Assembly: GCA_047601445.1 (NCBI GenBank)
Contig: JASGJH010000001.1
Location: forward strand, 256,001 to 320,000
Direction: 5' to 3'
DNA from: Myxococcales bacterium
Lineage (GTDB): Bacteria > Myxococcota_A > Polyangia > Polyangiales > DASUME01
DNA length: 64,000 bases
In this document: piece by piece, positions 37,751 to 47,821 of the stretch
How the letters are laid out: every line of letters begins with the position of its first letter
Numbering within the stretch: the first letter of the stretch is position 1
Notes under the pieces: generated by a model
Seen by the model: the letters and a program-made list of their open reading frames with translations, nothing else
Told to the model about the DNA's origin: nothing
Databases searched by the model: none
Program-made: the position numbers and the translations under genes

Positions 37751-38797
37751 TCAGCGCGGCAAGGCCAGCGTGAGGTCCAAGTCGAGCACCACGCTGTCGT
37801 CGTACTTCCCGTCCTTCTTGTACGGGAAATCGGCCGCGGGGTGATTCTTGGTCGCCACCAGGCGCACGCGCAGGGCGCCGATGTCCTTGTGCCCCGGCAG
37901 CTCGATCTTCTCGAGGACTTCGCTGTAGGCGTAGATCGTGTCCCCGGCGAACGTGGGGTTCGCATGCGAGCCCCCGTTGATGGCGAGCACCTTGAACGCG
38001 TTGGCGAAGCCGTTGAAGGACAGGCAGCGCGCCAGGCTGATGATGTGTCCGCCGTAAATCAAGCGGCGCTTGAAACGCCCTTGGTTCGCCGCGAACTGGT
38101 CGAAATGCACCTTGGCGGTGTTCTGGTAGAGGCGCGTGGCGAGCTGATGCTCCGCTTCCTCGATGGTCATGCCATCCACGTGGTCGACCTTCTCGCCGAC
38201 CTGGTAGTCGCCCCAGGTGTGCTTCTCGCCGCTGAGCACGAAGTCGTAGTTCTCGACCTTGAGCGTGGCGGGCACGTGCAGCTGGTCTGCGGGCACGGCC
38301 GAGGGCAGGTTGGGAGTCACGGCCTCGGGCGCGGGCTTGGACTCATCCTTCTTGTTCACCATCACCCAGCGCGTGTAGTCGAGCACGACGTGGCCGTGCT
38401 GGTTCTTGCCCACGGAGTTCACGTAGACCACGCCGGTCTTACCGTTCGAGTTCTGCTTGAGACCCGTGACCGTGCTGGTGGTGGTGACCGTGTCCCCGGG
38501 GTAGAGCGGCACGCCGAACTTGCCGTTGGCGTAGCCGAGGTTCGCGACCGCGTTGAGCGAGACGTCGGGGACGGTCTTGCCGAACACCATGTGGAAGGCG
38601 AGCACGTCGTCGACGGGCGCGCGCGGCAGGCCCATGCTGCGCGCGAACTCGTCCGAGGAGTTCACGGCGAAGCGTGCGCCATAGAGCGCGGTGTAGAGGG
38701 ACACGTCCCCCTCGGTGACCGTACGCGGCGTGGCGTGCTTGATCACCTGACCGACGCGAAAGTCCTCGAAGAAGTTTCCTGCGAACGTCTTGCTCAT
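37751..38797 (-). CDS. mch: Mesaconyl-C1-CoA hydratase (double MaoC)
   Basis: GNFFEDF...SSDEFA...FHMVFGKTVPDVSLNAVANLGY...RWVMV...QNTAKVHFD, as I recall from Rhodobacter/Chloroflexus Mch; pathway context. Confidence 0.9.
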   Translation of the reverse strand: MSKTFAGNFFEDFRVGQVIKHATPRTVTEGDVSLYTALYGARFAVNSSDEFARSMGLPRAPVDDVLAFHMVFGKTVPDVSLNAVANLGYANGKFGVPLYPGDTVTTTSTVTGLKQNSNGKTGVVYVNSVGKNQHGHVVLDYTRWVMVNKKDESKPAPEAVTPNLPSAVPADQLHVPATLKVENYDFVLSGEKHTWGDYQVGEKVDHVDGMTIEEAEHQLATRLYQNTAKVHFDQFAANQGRFKRRLIYGGHIISLARCLSFNGFANAFKVLAINGGSHANPTFAGDTIYAYSEVLEKIELPGHKDIGALRVRLVATKNHPAADFPYKKDGKYDDSVVLDLDLTLALPR

Positions 38798-38804
38798 CGC
38801 TGCC

Positions 38805-39681
38805 TCAGCTTCCCATCTCTGCGATGGCTTCTGCGAGCTCCACCTGACGCTTGGCGGCGACCACGTGGAGGTTCTCGACCATCTTGCCGTCGACCACGGC
38901 GACACCCTTGCCCTGCGCGGTGGCTTCCTCGAAGGCCGCGATGATCTTGCGGGCCTGGGCTACCTCCGCCTCGCTCGGCGCGAACACCTGATTGCACTTC
39001 TCCACCTGCTTGGGGTGCACCAGGGTCTTGCCGTCGAAACCGAACTCCTTGCCCTGCTCGCAGATGGCCGCGAAGCCAGCTTCGTCTTCCAGGTTCGAGT
39101 ACACGCCATCGAGGATGGACAGACCGAAGGCGCGCGCTGCGAGCAGGCACAGGCCCAGGCTCGTCATGATGGGCAGACGCACGGCGGTGTGGGCCGCACG
39201 CAGATCCTTCACCAGGTCGTTGGTGCCCATTACGAAGCCCGCCAGGCGCCGCGACGCGTTGGCGATTTGCTCCGCGTGAAGGATGCCCAGGGGCGTCTCC
39301 ATCATGCACCAGATGGTCATGTTCTCGTGGGCGCCGGCCTGGTCGAGGATGCTCTCGACCTGCTTGATCTGGCTCGCGCTCTCGACCTTGGGCACCAAGA
39401 TCACGTCGGCCTTGCTCTTCGCGATGGCCTGGGCGTCGGAGATGCCCCACGGCGTTTCGAGGCCGTTCATGCGCACGAAGATCTCGCGCTTCCCGTAGCC
39501 GCCTTCGGCGACGGCCTTCATCACGTTGTCGCGTGCCTGGGCCTTGGCGTCGGGCGCGACGGCGTCTTCGAGATTCGAGAATGAGTCCATCCACGGGCAG
39601 CGTGCGCGCCTTTTCGAGCGCGCGCGTGTTGGCGCCGGGCATGTACAGGACTGAACGACGGGGGCGGCCTTTGATCGTCAT
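38805..39681 (-). CDS. mcl2: (3S)-malyl-CoA thioesterase (CitE family); apparent +1 frameshift at 39572-39576; about 291 aa corrected
   Basis: RRSVLYMPG...ALEKA, corrected ILDLEDAVA, MGTNDL, LGLCLLAARA, GFDGKTLVHP, VVDGKMVENLH, resembling Rhodobacter Mcl2. Confidence 0.82.
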
Positions 39682-39693
39682 GTGACTCTCTCC

Positions 39694-40743
39694 TCAGATT
39701 CCGTAGGCGGCCTTGAGAGCCGGGTCCTTCTCCGCGAGCATACGCGCCAGGCTCACCATCACCTTGCACTGCTTGACCGTGGCGTCGTCCTGCATCTTGC
39801 CGTCGATCATCACGGCGCCGGTGCCGTCGCCCATGGAGTCGATGACCTTGAGCGCCCACTTCACCTCGTCGACCGCGGGGCTGAACACCTTGCGGGCGAT
39901 GTCGATCTGCACCGGGTGCAGCGACCAGGCGCCCACGCAGCCGAGCAGGAACGCGTTGCGGAACTGGTCCTCACAGGCGAGCGTGTCCTTGATGTCTCCG
40001 AACGGACCGTAGTAAGGCAGGATGCCGTTGGAGGTGCAGGCGTCGACCATGCGGGCCATCGTGTAGTGCCAGAGGTCCTGCTGAGCCGTCACGCGCGGCG
40101 CTCCGTCGTTGCCCGCTTCCGGATCGGCGCGCACCAGGTAGCCAGGGTGTCCGCCGCCCACGCGGGTGGTCTTCATGCGGCGCGAGGCAGCCAGATCGGC
40201 CGGACCCAGCGAGAGGCCCTGCATGCGCGGGCTCGCGGCGGCGATGGATTCCACGTTGGCCACGCCGAGCGCGGTCTCGAGGATGGCGTGCACGAGGATG
40301 GGGCGCTTGAGCTTGGCGCGCGCTTCGAGCTGGGCGAGCAGACGGTCCACGTAGTGGATGTCCCAGGGGCCTTCGACCTTGGGCACCATGATCACGTCGA
40401 CCTTGTGGCCAACCTCGGTGACGATGCGGGTCAGGTCGTCCAGCAGCCACGGGCTATCCAGGCTGTTCACGCGGGTCCACAGCTGCGTGTCGCCGAAGTC
40501 GACTTCCTTGGCGATCTTCACGAAGCCTTCGCGAGCGTCGAGCTTCTTGTCGGCCGCGACGGCGTCCTCCAGGTTGCCGAGCATCACGTCGACCTGCTTG
40601 GCGATGTCCGGCACCTTGGCGGCCATCTTGGCGTTCGACGGGTCGAAGAAGTGGATCATGCGCGAGGGGCGGAACGGGATCTCGCGAACCGGCTCCGGTG
40701 CACCGATGGCGAGGGGCTTGAAGAAGTCTTTCGCGCTGCGCAT
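39694..40743 (-). CDS. mcl: L-malyl-CoA / beta-methylmalyl-CoA lyase, Chloroflexus-type
   Basis: [69 protein letters not shown]. Confidence 0.9.
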   Translation of the reverse strand: MRSAKDFFKPLAIGAPEPVREIPFRPSRMIHFFDPSNAKMAAKVPDIAKQVDVMLGNLEDAVAADKKLDAREGFVKIAKEVDFGDTQLWTRVNSLDSPWLLDDLTRIVTEVGHKVDVIMVPKVEGPWDIHYVDRLLAQLEARAKLKRPILVHAILETALGVANVESIAAASPRMQGLSLGPADLAASRRMKTTRVGGGHPGYLVRADPEAGNDGAPRVTAQQDLWHYTMARMVDACTSNGILPYYGPFGDIKDTLACEDQFRNAFLLGCVGAWSLHPVQIDIARKVFSPAVDEVKWALKVIDSMGDGTGAVMIDGKMQDDATVKQCKVMVSLARMLAEKDPALKAAYGI

Positions 40744-40888
40744 GGCAATGTCCTCTGTTTCGAGCGTTTCGAGCTGTTCGACGCTTGGTCTTGAAGTGAG
40801 CGGGTCTTGACGTGACAGGCGCGCCCGCGGGCGCGCGTGTGGAAGTCGTCTCGTTCGGCCTCACCACGTCGGGCGGAGGCCCAGGGAA

Positions 40889-42499
40889 TCAGATTTCGAG
40901 CAAGCGGCGCGCGACCACGCCGGCCTGGATCTCGTTGGCGCCCTCGAAGATGGAGAGCACGCGGGCGTCCACCAACAAGCGTGACGCGGTGTACTCCTCG
41001 GCGAAGCCGTTGCCGCCGTGGATTTGCACGTCGGCGTCGGCCGCTTCCCACGCAGCGCGCGTGGCGAGCAGCTTGGCCATACCGGCCTCGAGGTCGCAGC
41101 GCTGATCCTTGTCCTTGGCACGCGCGGCGAAGTAGGTGAGCTGACGGCCCGCCTGAATGCGCGTGACCATGCGGCCGATCTTGCGCGCGACGCGCCCGAA
41201 GTTGAACAGCGGCTGGCCGAACTGCACGCGCTCGTGCGCGTAGCGCATGGCCTCGTCGAAGGCCGCCACGGCCACGCCCACGCCGCGCGCGGCGGTTTGA
41301 ATGCGGGCTGCCTCGAAGGTCTTCATGAGCTGCTTGAAGCCCTGTCCTTCGACACCACCGAGCAGCGCGCCGGGCGCCACCTTGAAGTCCTCGAAGCTCA
41401 GCTCGTATTCCTTCATGCCGCGGTAGCCGAGCACCTTGATCTCGGTGCCGGTGAGGCCCTCGTCCACGAACTCGGGCTGCCCCTCTTCGCCGAGGCGCGT
41501 CTTCCTGGCGAGGAACATGGAGAGGCCGCCGTAGCCCGGGTCGTCGGGGTTGGTGCGAGCCAGCAAGGTCATCAGGTCGGCGCGCACCGCGTGGGTGATC
41601 CAGGTCTTGTTGCCGTTGACCTTGTAGCTACCGTCGGACTGCTTCACGGCGCGCGTGCCGAGCTTGGCCAAGTCGGAGCCGTTGTTGGGCTCGGTGAACA
41701 CGGCGGTGGACATCACCTCACCGCTGGCGAGCTTGGGCAACCAGTACTGCTTCTGCTCCTCGGTGCCGCCACCGATGATGAGCTCTGCCGCAATCTCGGA
41801 GCGCGTGCCGAGCGAGCCCACGCCGATGTAACCACGGCTCAGTTCCTCGGTGACCACGCACATGGCGACCTTGCTCAAGCCGAGACCGCCGTACTCCTCC
41901 GGGATGGTGAGCCCGAACACGCCGAGCTCGTTCATCTTGTTCACGATGTCCATCGGGATCAGGACGTCCTTGCGATGGATCTCCTGGGCCTTCGGGATCA
42001 CTTCCTGATCGACGAACTTGGCGAACTGGCTGCGGATGTCCTCGAGCGTCTCGTCGTCGAGGCCGCTGTTGCCCAGTCCCTTCTCCTCGGCCTGACGCGC
42101 GATGGCGATGTACTTCTCGGCGGCGGCGTTCTCGTCGCAGAGCTGGGCCACTTCGGGGCGCAGCAAAGTCTCCGCCAGGTCCTGCGCCGTGATGCCGATC
42201 TCAGCGAGGCCTACCTGCTCGCAGGCGCCCAAATCGATGTGCGCGCGCAGGCTGCGACCCACATCTCCGATGTACGTGGCCGCGATTTGCTTTTCGTAGG
42301 CGCCGCCGACGCGCTCCGACCATGCGAGCAGCTGCTTGCAGGCCTCGAGCTCGGTGGCGAGGTAGGCGAGGGCGTGGGCCGGAACCTGAAGCTGGTCGAA
42401 CTTCTTGCCGTTGATCTTGCCGTTCTCGCTGACGCGATCTTTCAGGCGCTTGTGTGCGATCTCGTAGAGACGACCAATGGCATCGACGACTGCTTGCAT
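40889..42499 (-). CDS. mcd: (2S)-methylsuccinyl-CoA dehydrogenase
   Basis: Acyl-CoA dehydrogenase with N-terminal extension; EELSRGYIGVGSLGTRSEIAAELI, AVFTEPN.GSDL, EIKVLGYRGMKEYE, ARIQTAAR. Confidence 0.9.
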   Translation of the reverse strand: MQAVVDAIGRLYEIAHKRLKDRVSENGKINGKKFDQLQVPAHALAYLATELEACKQLLAWSERVGGAYEKQIAATYIGDVGRSLRAHIDLGACEQVGLAEIGITAQDLAETLLRPEVAQLCDENAAAEKYIAIARQAEEKGLGNSGLDDETLEDIRSQFAKFVDQEVIPKAQEIHRKDVLIPMDIVNKMNELGVFGLTIPEEYGGLGLSKVAMCVVTEELSRGYIGVGSLGTRSEIAAELIIGGGTEEQKQYWLPKLASGEVMSTAVFTEPNNGSDLAKLGTRAVKQSDGSYKVNGNKTWITHAVRADLMTLLARTNPDDPGYGGLSMFLARKTRLGEEGQPEFVDEGLTGTEIKVLGYRGMKEYELSFEDFKVAPGALLGGVEGQGFKQLMKTFEAARIQTAARGVGVAVAAFDEAMRYAHERVQFGQPLFNFGRVARKIGRMVTRIQAGRQLTYFAARAKDKDQRCDLEAGMAKLLATRAAWEAADADVQIHGGNGFAEEYTASRLLVDARVLSIFEGANEIQAGVVARRLLEI

Positions 42500-42794
42500 T
42501 GTTCAATTCCTTGGCGCGACGTGGCTCACGCGGTCAAGCCCAACGCCGGTGGACGTCGAGGCGGCAGCTTCGTTTGGGCGGGGGGCGGACGACCGTTGGC
42601 GCCCAAAAACGACCGCTTTCCATGTACGACTAGTTTGCCGGTGTGCAATCCGAAAGCGCCGGAACCACTGTAAAATAGCTGTTCACGAGCGCATGGACCC
42701 CGGCTTTCGGGGCGCCAGCCAACGAGTCGGTCCGGTCGGTAGACGCGGTCGTGCCCGCGGCCGTGGTCCTGCGCGAATCTCCGGGAGAAGAGTC

Positions 42795-42818
42795 GGGCAC
42801 GGGCACGGGCACGGGCAC
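42795..42818 (+). repeat. Short tandem repeat (GGGCAC)x4
   Basis: Directly visible in the ccr-mcd intergenic region. Confidence 0.9.
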
Positions 42819-42865
42819 GTTTGCGGGGAGGGTGGGCTAGGGAGCCTGACGGGCCCCGGGGAACG

Positions 42866-44104
42866 TCAGTCCTTGGCGTTGACCAAGCACGACATGTTGC
42901 CGGGGGCGTGCTTGTTCTGGTGCATCAGCTGGTGCGCCTTCGGGATGTCTTCGAACGAGAAGGTCTCCGAGTGGCAGGGGTCGACTTCCTTGCGGATGAC
43001 CAGCTCGTTGTACTCGCGGGACTGCACGTCGTTGGCGAAGTGCGAGCCCTGCAGGCGCTTCTGGCGCATCCACAGGTAACGCAGGTCGGCCTGGGCCGCG
43101 AAGCCCGTGGTACCGGCGCACACCACGACCATGCCGCCCGTCTCGCAGACGAGGACCGAGGTGGGGATGGTGGTCTCGCCGGGGTGCTCGAAGACGATTT
43201 GCGGGCTCTGACCTTCGCCCGCGATCTCCCAGATGGCCTTGCCGAAGGTGCGCGCCTTCTTGAGCCAGGCGTTGTACTTCTCGTTGTCACGCCAGTCGGG
43301 GGGCAGACCCCAGTGGTCGAACTTGCGGCGGTCGATGCAGCCGATGGCGCCGAGCTTCTTGCAGTATTCGACCTTCTCGTCGCCCGAGATCACGGCGATG
43401 GGACGCGCGCCGAAGGAGCGCGCAATCTGGATGGCCTGGGTGCCGAGGCCGCCTGCGCCGCCCCACACGAGCACCAAGTCGTCCTTCTTGACCTGGTTCG
43501 GAGCCCAGCCGCGCAGCATGCGGTAGGCGGTGGCGCCCACGAGCATGTACGAAGCGGCGGAGGCCCAAGAAAGGTGCTCGGGCTTGGGCAGACACTGCTG
43601 CGCCTGGACCTTGGTGAACTGGGCGAAGCTGCCCCAGCTGGTCTCGTAGCCCCAGATGCGGAAGCTGTTGCCGAACATCGGGTCGCGGCCGGCCTTGACC
43701 ACCGGGTCGTTGAGGCTCCACTGACCGCAGTGCAGCACGACGTGGTCGCCCACCTTCACGTTGCTGACGGCGCTGCCGACCTTCCACACGATGCCGGAGG
43801 CGTCGCTGCCGCCGATGTGGAAGCCCGAGGCGTCAGGAAAGTAAGGGTCCTTGGGGCGGTTCTTCACCACGTCGACGGGGGTCCCGAGCGCGGCCCACAC
43901 GTTGTTGTAGTTGACGCCGGCGGCCATGACCCACACGAGAACCTCGTCGGGGCGCAGGTCGGAAGGCGTGTCGACTTCTTCGACCTTGAAGGCCTTGGCC
44001 GGGTCGCCGTAGCGCTCGGGCCGGATGACTTGGGCGATCATCTTCTGGGGAACGACCCCAGTTTCGGGCGTTTCGCCCAGTTGGTACAGGGACTTGGTCG
44101 ACAT
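42866..44104 (-). CDS. ccr: Crotonyl-CoA carboxylase/reductase
   Basis: [58 protein letters not shown]. Confidence 0.95.
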   Translation of the reverse strand: MSTKSLYQLGETPETGVVPQKMIAQVIRPERYGDPAKAFKVEEVDTPSDLRPDEVLVWVMAAGVNYNNVWAALGTPVDVVKNRPKDPYFPDASGFHIGGSDASGIVWKVGSAVSNVKVGDHVVLHCGQWSLNDPVVKAGRDPMFGNSFRIWGYETSWGSFAQFTKVQAQQCLPKPEHLSWASAASYMLVGATAYRMLRGWAPNQVKKDDLVLVWGGAGGLGTQAIQIARSFGARPIAVISGDEKVEYCKKLGAIGCIDRRKFDHWGLPPDWRDNEKYNAWLKKARTFGKAIWEIAGEGQSPQIVFEHPGETTIPTSVLVCETGGMVVVCAGTTGFAAQADLRYLWMRQKRLQGSHFANDVQSREYNELVIRKEVDPCHSETFSFEDIPKAHQLMHQNKHAPGNMSCLVNAKD

Positions 44105-44631
44105 CGGTGGTTCCTCGCCCGCGACCCTAGCTCGCTCCCTGCGGCTCGCAAGGGCCGTCAGCGCGCTTCCGTGCGTGCCGGCTGACGCTTCATGACTTTT
44201 TCTGCATACGCGGACGCGCTCACGCAGCGCGCTCGCAGGACCACTGACGCGGCTTCAACAACGACTTTACCAGTGGTCATTGCGCGGGCTGCTGCGAGCG
44301 GTGACGCAGGGGGCGCCGACTGGCTCGCACACGAGCAGTCTGACTCCTGCCGCCCGCCGTGCGCTCGAGTCTGAGGTCTTGGTGGCCTTGCGCGCAGGTC
44401 GTGCTGCGGGGGCGGGACCCGCGTGATGCACAGTGTTCGTTCTCGGCGGCATTTCCCCCAATTCGAGGAGCTGCGCGCCCACGTGGCAGTTGCTCGGGGC
44501 GCCTGGCACAGCTACATGCTTGCGGATCAAGCGCCTCGCAGTCTGCGCCGAATTCCCCAAGAGTTGTCCGCTCCCCGGCCCCGTCGAGTCGAAACGCGTG
44601 GGCCCGTGCGTGAGCCAAGAAGGAGCCCGCC

Positions 44632-46635
44632 GTGTCGTCGACCCCTGCACGCAAGAAGGAACGTCCCTGGATCATGCGAACCTACGCGGGTCACAGCACC
44701 GCGAAGGCATCCAATGAGCTGTTCCGGACGAACCTGACCAAGGGGCAGACCGGCCTGAGCGTGGCGTTCGATCTCCCGACTCAGACTGGGTACGACAGCG
44801 ACCACGTGCTGTCTCGCGGCGAGGTCGGCAAGGTCGGCGTTCCGATCAGCCACATCGGCGACATGCGGACGCTCTTCGATCAGATCCCGATCGAGAAGAT
44901 GAACACCTCGATGACCATCAACGCGACGGCTCCATGGCTGTTGTCGCTGTACATCGCGGTGGCCGAAGAGCAGGGCGCGAACACCAAGCTCCTGCAGGGC
45001 ACCACGCAGAACGACCTGATGAAGGAGTATCTCTCGCGCGGCACGTACATCTTCCCGCCCGCGGCCAGCCTCAAGCTCACCACCGACGTCATCAACTACA
45101 CGGTGAAGAACGTTCCGTCGTGGAACCCGATGAACGTCTGTAGCTATCACCTGCAGGAGGCGGGTGCGACACCCGGGCAGGAGCTTGCGTACGCGCTGCT
45201 CACGGCGATGACCATCCTCGACGCGGTGAAGGCCAGCGGAGAGATCCCCGAGAGCGAGATGGGGACCGTGGTCGAGCGCATCAGCTTCTTCGTGAACGCG
45301 GGTATCCGCTTCCTCGACGAGATGTGCAAGATGCGCGCGTTCACGCGCTTGTGGGACGAAATCACCAAGGAGCGCTACGGCGTGGCCGACGCCAAGCAGC
45401 GCCGCTTCCGCTACGGCGTGCAGGTGAACTCGCTCGGCCTCACCGAGCAGCAGCCCGAGAACAACATCATCCGCATCGTGCTCGAGATGCTGGCCGTCAC
45501 CCTCAGCAAGGACGCCCGCGCGCGCGCCGTGCAGCTGCCTGCCTGGAACGAGGCGCTCGGTCTACCGCGCCCGTGGGACCAGCAGTGGTCGCTGCGCGCG
45601 CAGCAGATCCTGGCCTTCGAGAGCGACTTGCTCGATCACGAGGACATCTTCACGGGCAGCGTGGTGGTGGAGAAGCGCGTCAGCGACCTGTGTGCCGAAG
45701 CCAAGCGCGAGATCGAGGACATCCTCGGGCGCGGTGGCGCGGTGGCCGCGGTGGAGGCGGGCATCATCAAGCAGCGCCTGGTCGAGAGCAACGCCAAGCG
45801 CCTGTCCGCCATCGAGGCGGGCGAGCAGACCGTGGTGGGCCTGAACGCCTACCGTGAGACGGCTCCTTCGCCGCTCACCGAGAACCTCGACGAGGCGATC
45901 TTGGTGGTGGATTCCAAGGTAGAGCAGGCGCAGATCGAGGCGGTCAAAGCCTGGCGCGCCCAGCGCGACGACAAGGCCGCGAAGGCCGCCATCGAGAACC
46001 TCAAGCGCGCCATCAAGGCCGGTGAGAACGTGATGCCGCCCTCCATCGCCGCCGCCAAGGCTGGCGTCACCACCGGTGAGTGGGCCGGTGCCCTGCGCGA
46101 GACGCTCGGCGAGTACCGTGCCCCGACCGGCGTAGCCTCGGCCACGCTGAGCCAGAACCGTGCGAACCCCAAGGCCCAGGAAGAGGTCTCGCGCCTGCGC
46201 GATCGCCTCGGCAACCTCGAGAAGAAGCTCGGTCGTCGCCCGCGTCTGTTGGTGGGCAAGCCCGGCCTCGACGGTCACAGCAACGGCGCCGAACAAATCG
46301 CGCTCAAGGCCCGCGACGTGGGCTTCGAGGTGATCTACGAGGGCATCCGGGTGACCCCGGAGCAAATCGTGGCCAGCGCGCTCGAAGAGGGCGCCCACGT
46401 GATCGGCCTTTCGATCCTGAGCGGCAGCCACCTCGAGCTGGTGCCCGAGGTGCTCACGCGCCTCAAGGAAGCCGGCATTGCCAACGTGCCCGTGGTGGTG
46501 GGTGGCATCATCCCCGAGAGCGACGGCAAGCGTTTGGTGGAGCAGGGCGTGGCCCGTGTCTACACGCCCAAGAACTTCGAGCTCAACGCCATCATGTCCG
46601 ACTTGGCGGATCTCGCCGAGCGCAACGCGAGCTGA
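44632..46635 (+). CDS. ecm: Ethylmalonyl-CoA mutase (MeaA), coenzyme B12-dependent
   Basis: PWIMRTYAGHS, GLSVAFDLPTQTGYD, YGVQVNSLGLTEQQPENN, LPAWNEALGLPRPWDQQWSLR, KPGLDGHSNG; AAGGAG RBS. Confidence 0.95.
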   Translation: MSSTPARKKERPWIMRTYAGHSTAKASNELFRTNLTKGQTGLSVAFDLPTQTGYDSDHVLSRGEVGKVGVPISHIGDMRTLFDQIPIEKMNTSMTINATAPWLLSLYIAVAEEQGANTKLLQGTTQNDLMKEYLSRGTYIFPPAASLKLTTDVINYTVKNVPSWNPMNVCSYHLQEAGATPGQELAYALLTAMTILDAVKASGEIPESEMGTVVERISFFVNAGIRFLDEMCKMRAFTRLWDEITKERYGVADAKQRRFRYGVQVNSLGLTEQQPENNIIRIVLEMLAVTLSKDARARAVQLPAWNEALGLPRPWDQQWSLRAQQILAFESDLLDHEDIFTGSVVVEKRVSDLCAEAKREIEDILGRGGAVAAVEAGIIKQRLVESNAKRLSAIEAGEQTVVGLNAYRETAPSPLTENLDEAILVVDSKVEQAQIEAVKAWRAQRDDKAAKAAIENLKRAIKAGENVMPPSIAAAKAGVTTGEWAGALRETLGEYRAPTGVASATLSQNRANPKAQEEVSRLRDRLGNLEKKLGRRPRLLVGKPGLDGHSNGAEQIALKARDVGFEVIYEGIRVTPEQIVASALEEGAHVIGLSILSGSHLELVPEVLTRLKEAGIANVPVVVGGIIPESDGKRLVEQGVARVYTPKNFELNAIMSDLADLAERNAS

Positions 46636-46638
46636 GCG

Positions 46639-47625
46639 TTGGCGCAGAGCGACGAACTCGAGCGCATCGCGAGCGGGGTGCGCAGCGGCGACAAGGCGCA
46701 GATCTCGCGTGCATTGAACCTCATCGAGGACAAGCGGCGCGAGCGCGAGCGCGAGGTGGCGCAGCTACTCGGTTTGCTCGAGCAGGGCGAACGTGCGCTG
46801 GGGCACCGCGTGGGCCTCACCGGTCCGCCCGGCGTCGGCAAGAGCAGCCTGGTGGCGACCCTCGCGCGTGAGCTGCGGCAGCGCGGCAAGACGGTGGGCG
46901 TGGTGGCCGTGGATCCCTCGTCCATGCGCAGCGGTGGGGCCTTGTTGGGCGACCGGGCGCGCATGGCCTTCGATCCCGGTGATCGTGGGTTGTTCGTGCG
47001 TTCGCTCGCGACCCAGGGCGCGCTCGGTGGCCTCGCGCACGCGACCCACGCGGCCGTCGAGGTGCTGGCTGCGGCCTACGACATCGTGCTCGTGGAGACG
47101 GTGGGCGTGGGGCAGACCGAGATCGCGGTCACGCACGTGTCCGACACGGTGGTGCTGGTGGTGCAGCCCGGATCGGGCGATGTCCTGCAGTTCCTGAAGG
47201 CGGGCGTGATGGAGATCCCGGACCTGCTGGTGGTCAACAAGGCCGACCACGGTCCCACGGCGACGCGCGCCGCCAGCGACCTCAAGGCCGCGCTGAGCAC
47301 GCTGCGCCAGGTGGGAGCAGGCGAGGGCGACCAGGAGGTGATCCTCACCAGCGCCCGCGATCAGGTGGGCATCGACAACTTGGCCGAGGCGCTCGACAAG
47401 CATGCGGCCGCGCTCGGTCGTTCGGGCATCCTGGCGCGCCGTCACGCGGGCCGGGTCGAGTGGGCCAACGATTGGCTCGAGCGCAGCGTGGGCAGCCTTG
47501 GGGTCGAGACGCTCGGGGGGGCCGACGCGATTCGGGTGCAGCTCGAGCAGGCCCAGGCGCAGGGCAAGTTGCCCCTGGCGGCGGCCCAGCAGTTGGTCGA
47601 CAGCCTCAGCTTCGGGCGTCGCTGA
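46639..47625 (+). CDS. meaB: MeaB/ArgK G-protein chaperone for B12 mutases
   Basis: GLTGPPGVGKS, AVDPSS..SGGALLGDR.RM, ETVGVGQ, NKAD. Confidence 0.93.
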   Translation: MAQSDELERIASGVRSGDKAQISRALNLIEDKRREREREVAQLLGLLEQGERALGHRVGLTGPPGVGKSSLVATLARELRQRGKTVGVVAVDPSSMRSGGALLGDRARMAFDPGDRGLFVRSLATQGALGGLAHATHAAVEVLAAAYDIVLVETVGVGQTEIAVTHVSDTVVLVVQPGSGDVLQFLKAGVMEIPDLLVVNKADHGPTATRAASDLKAALSTLRQVGAGEGDQEVILTSARDQVGIDNLAEALDKHAAALGRSGILARRHAGRVEWANDWLERSVGSLGVETLGGADAIRVQLEQAQAQGKLPLAAAQQLVDSLSFGRR

Positions 47626-47784
47626 GCCTGGGCCTGTGCGGGCCCGTGCGGCTGGCAAAAAACCGGTGAATCACCAGCTTTACCGCTTGACTGAGCGCTG
47701 CTTGCCTAGGCCTCGTTGAGGCGCCCTCGCTTCCAAACCGTCCAGCAATTCGCACTTTCGTGTTTTACAAGCCGCCGCTCGGTG

Positions 47785-47809
47785 CTTTACTTGTCAACGA
47801 GCAGTAAAG
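47785..47809. promoter_or_regulatory. Candidate operator CTTTACT-N11-AGTAAAG
   Basis: Perfect 7-bp AT-rich inverted repeat immediately upstream of the ScfR-family gene; extra YTTTAC copies at 47678 and 47763. Confidence 0.5.
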
Positions 47810-47821
47810 GTCGTGGCGAGC

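Noticed and set aside
39694..39705. Additional GATC-type frameshift at the mcl 3' end (GGAATC), and at 8964 and 59025
   Set aside because: The existing frames give sensible products (AYGI-stop matches the expected terminus); removing a base gives no improvement.
37751..40743. Autotrophic 3-hydroxypropionate bi-cycle
   Set aside because: mcl and mch are shared with that cycle, but mcr, pcs, mct and meh are absent from the window while ccr, ecm and mcd define the ethylmalonyl-CoA pathway.
42630..42680. Cobalamin riboswitch fragments (GGTG..AATCC...CACTGTAA here; AAGAGGGAACCCGG near 54170)
   Set aside because: Only isolated words match; no complete B12-box, and the orientation or downstream gene does not fit.
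42795..42818. (GGGCAC)x4 as a phase-variation switch
   Set aside because: Only four units, just downstream of the ccr stop and far from the likely mcd promoter; no evidence of length variation.
42866..44104. ccr as a polyketide extender-unit gene
   Set aside because: No PKS or NRPS in the window; the context is primary metabolism.
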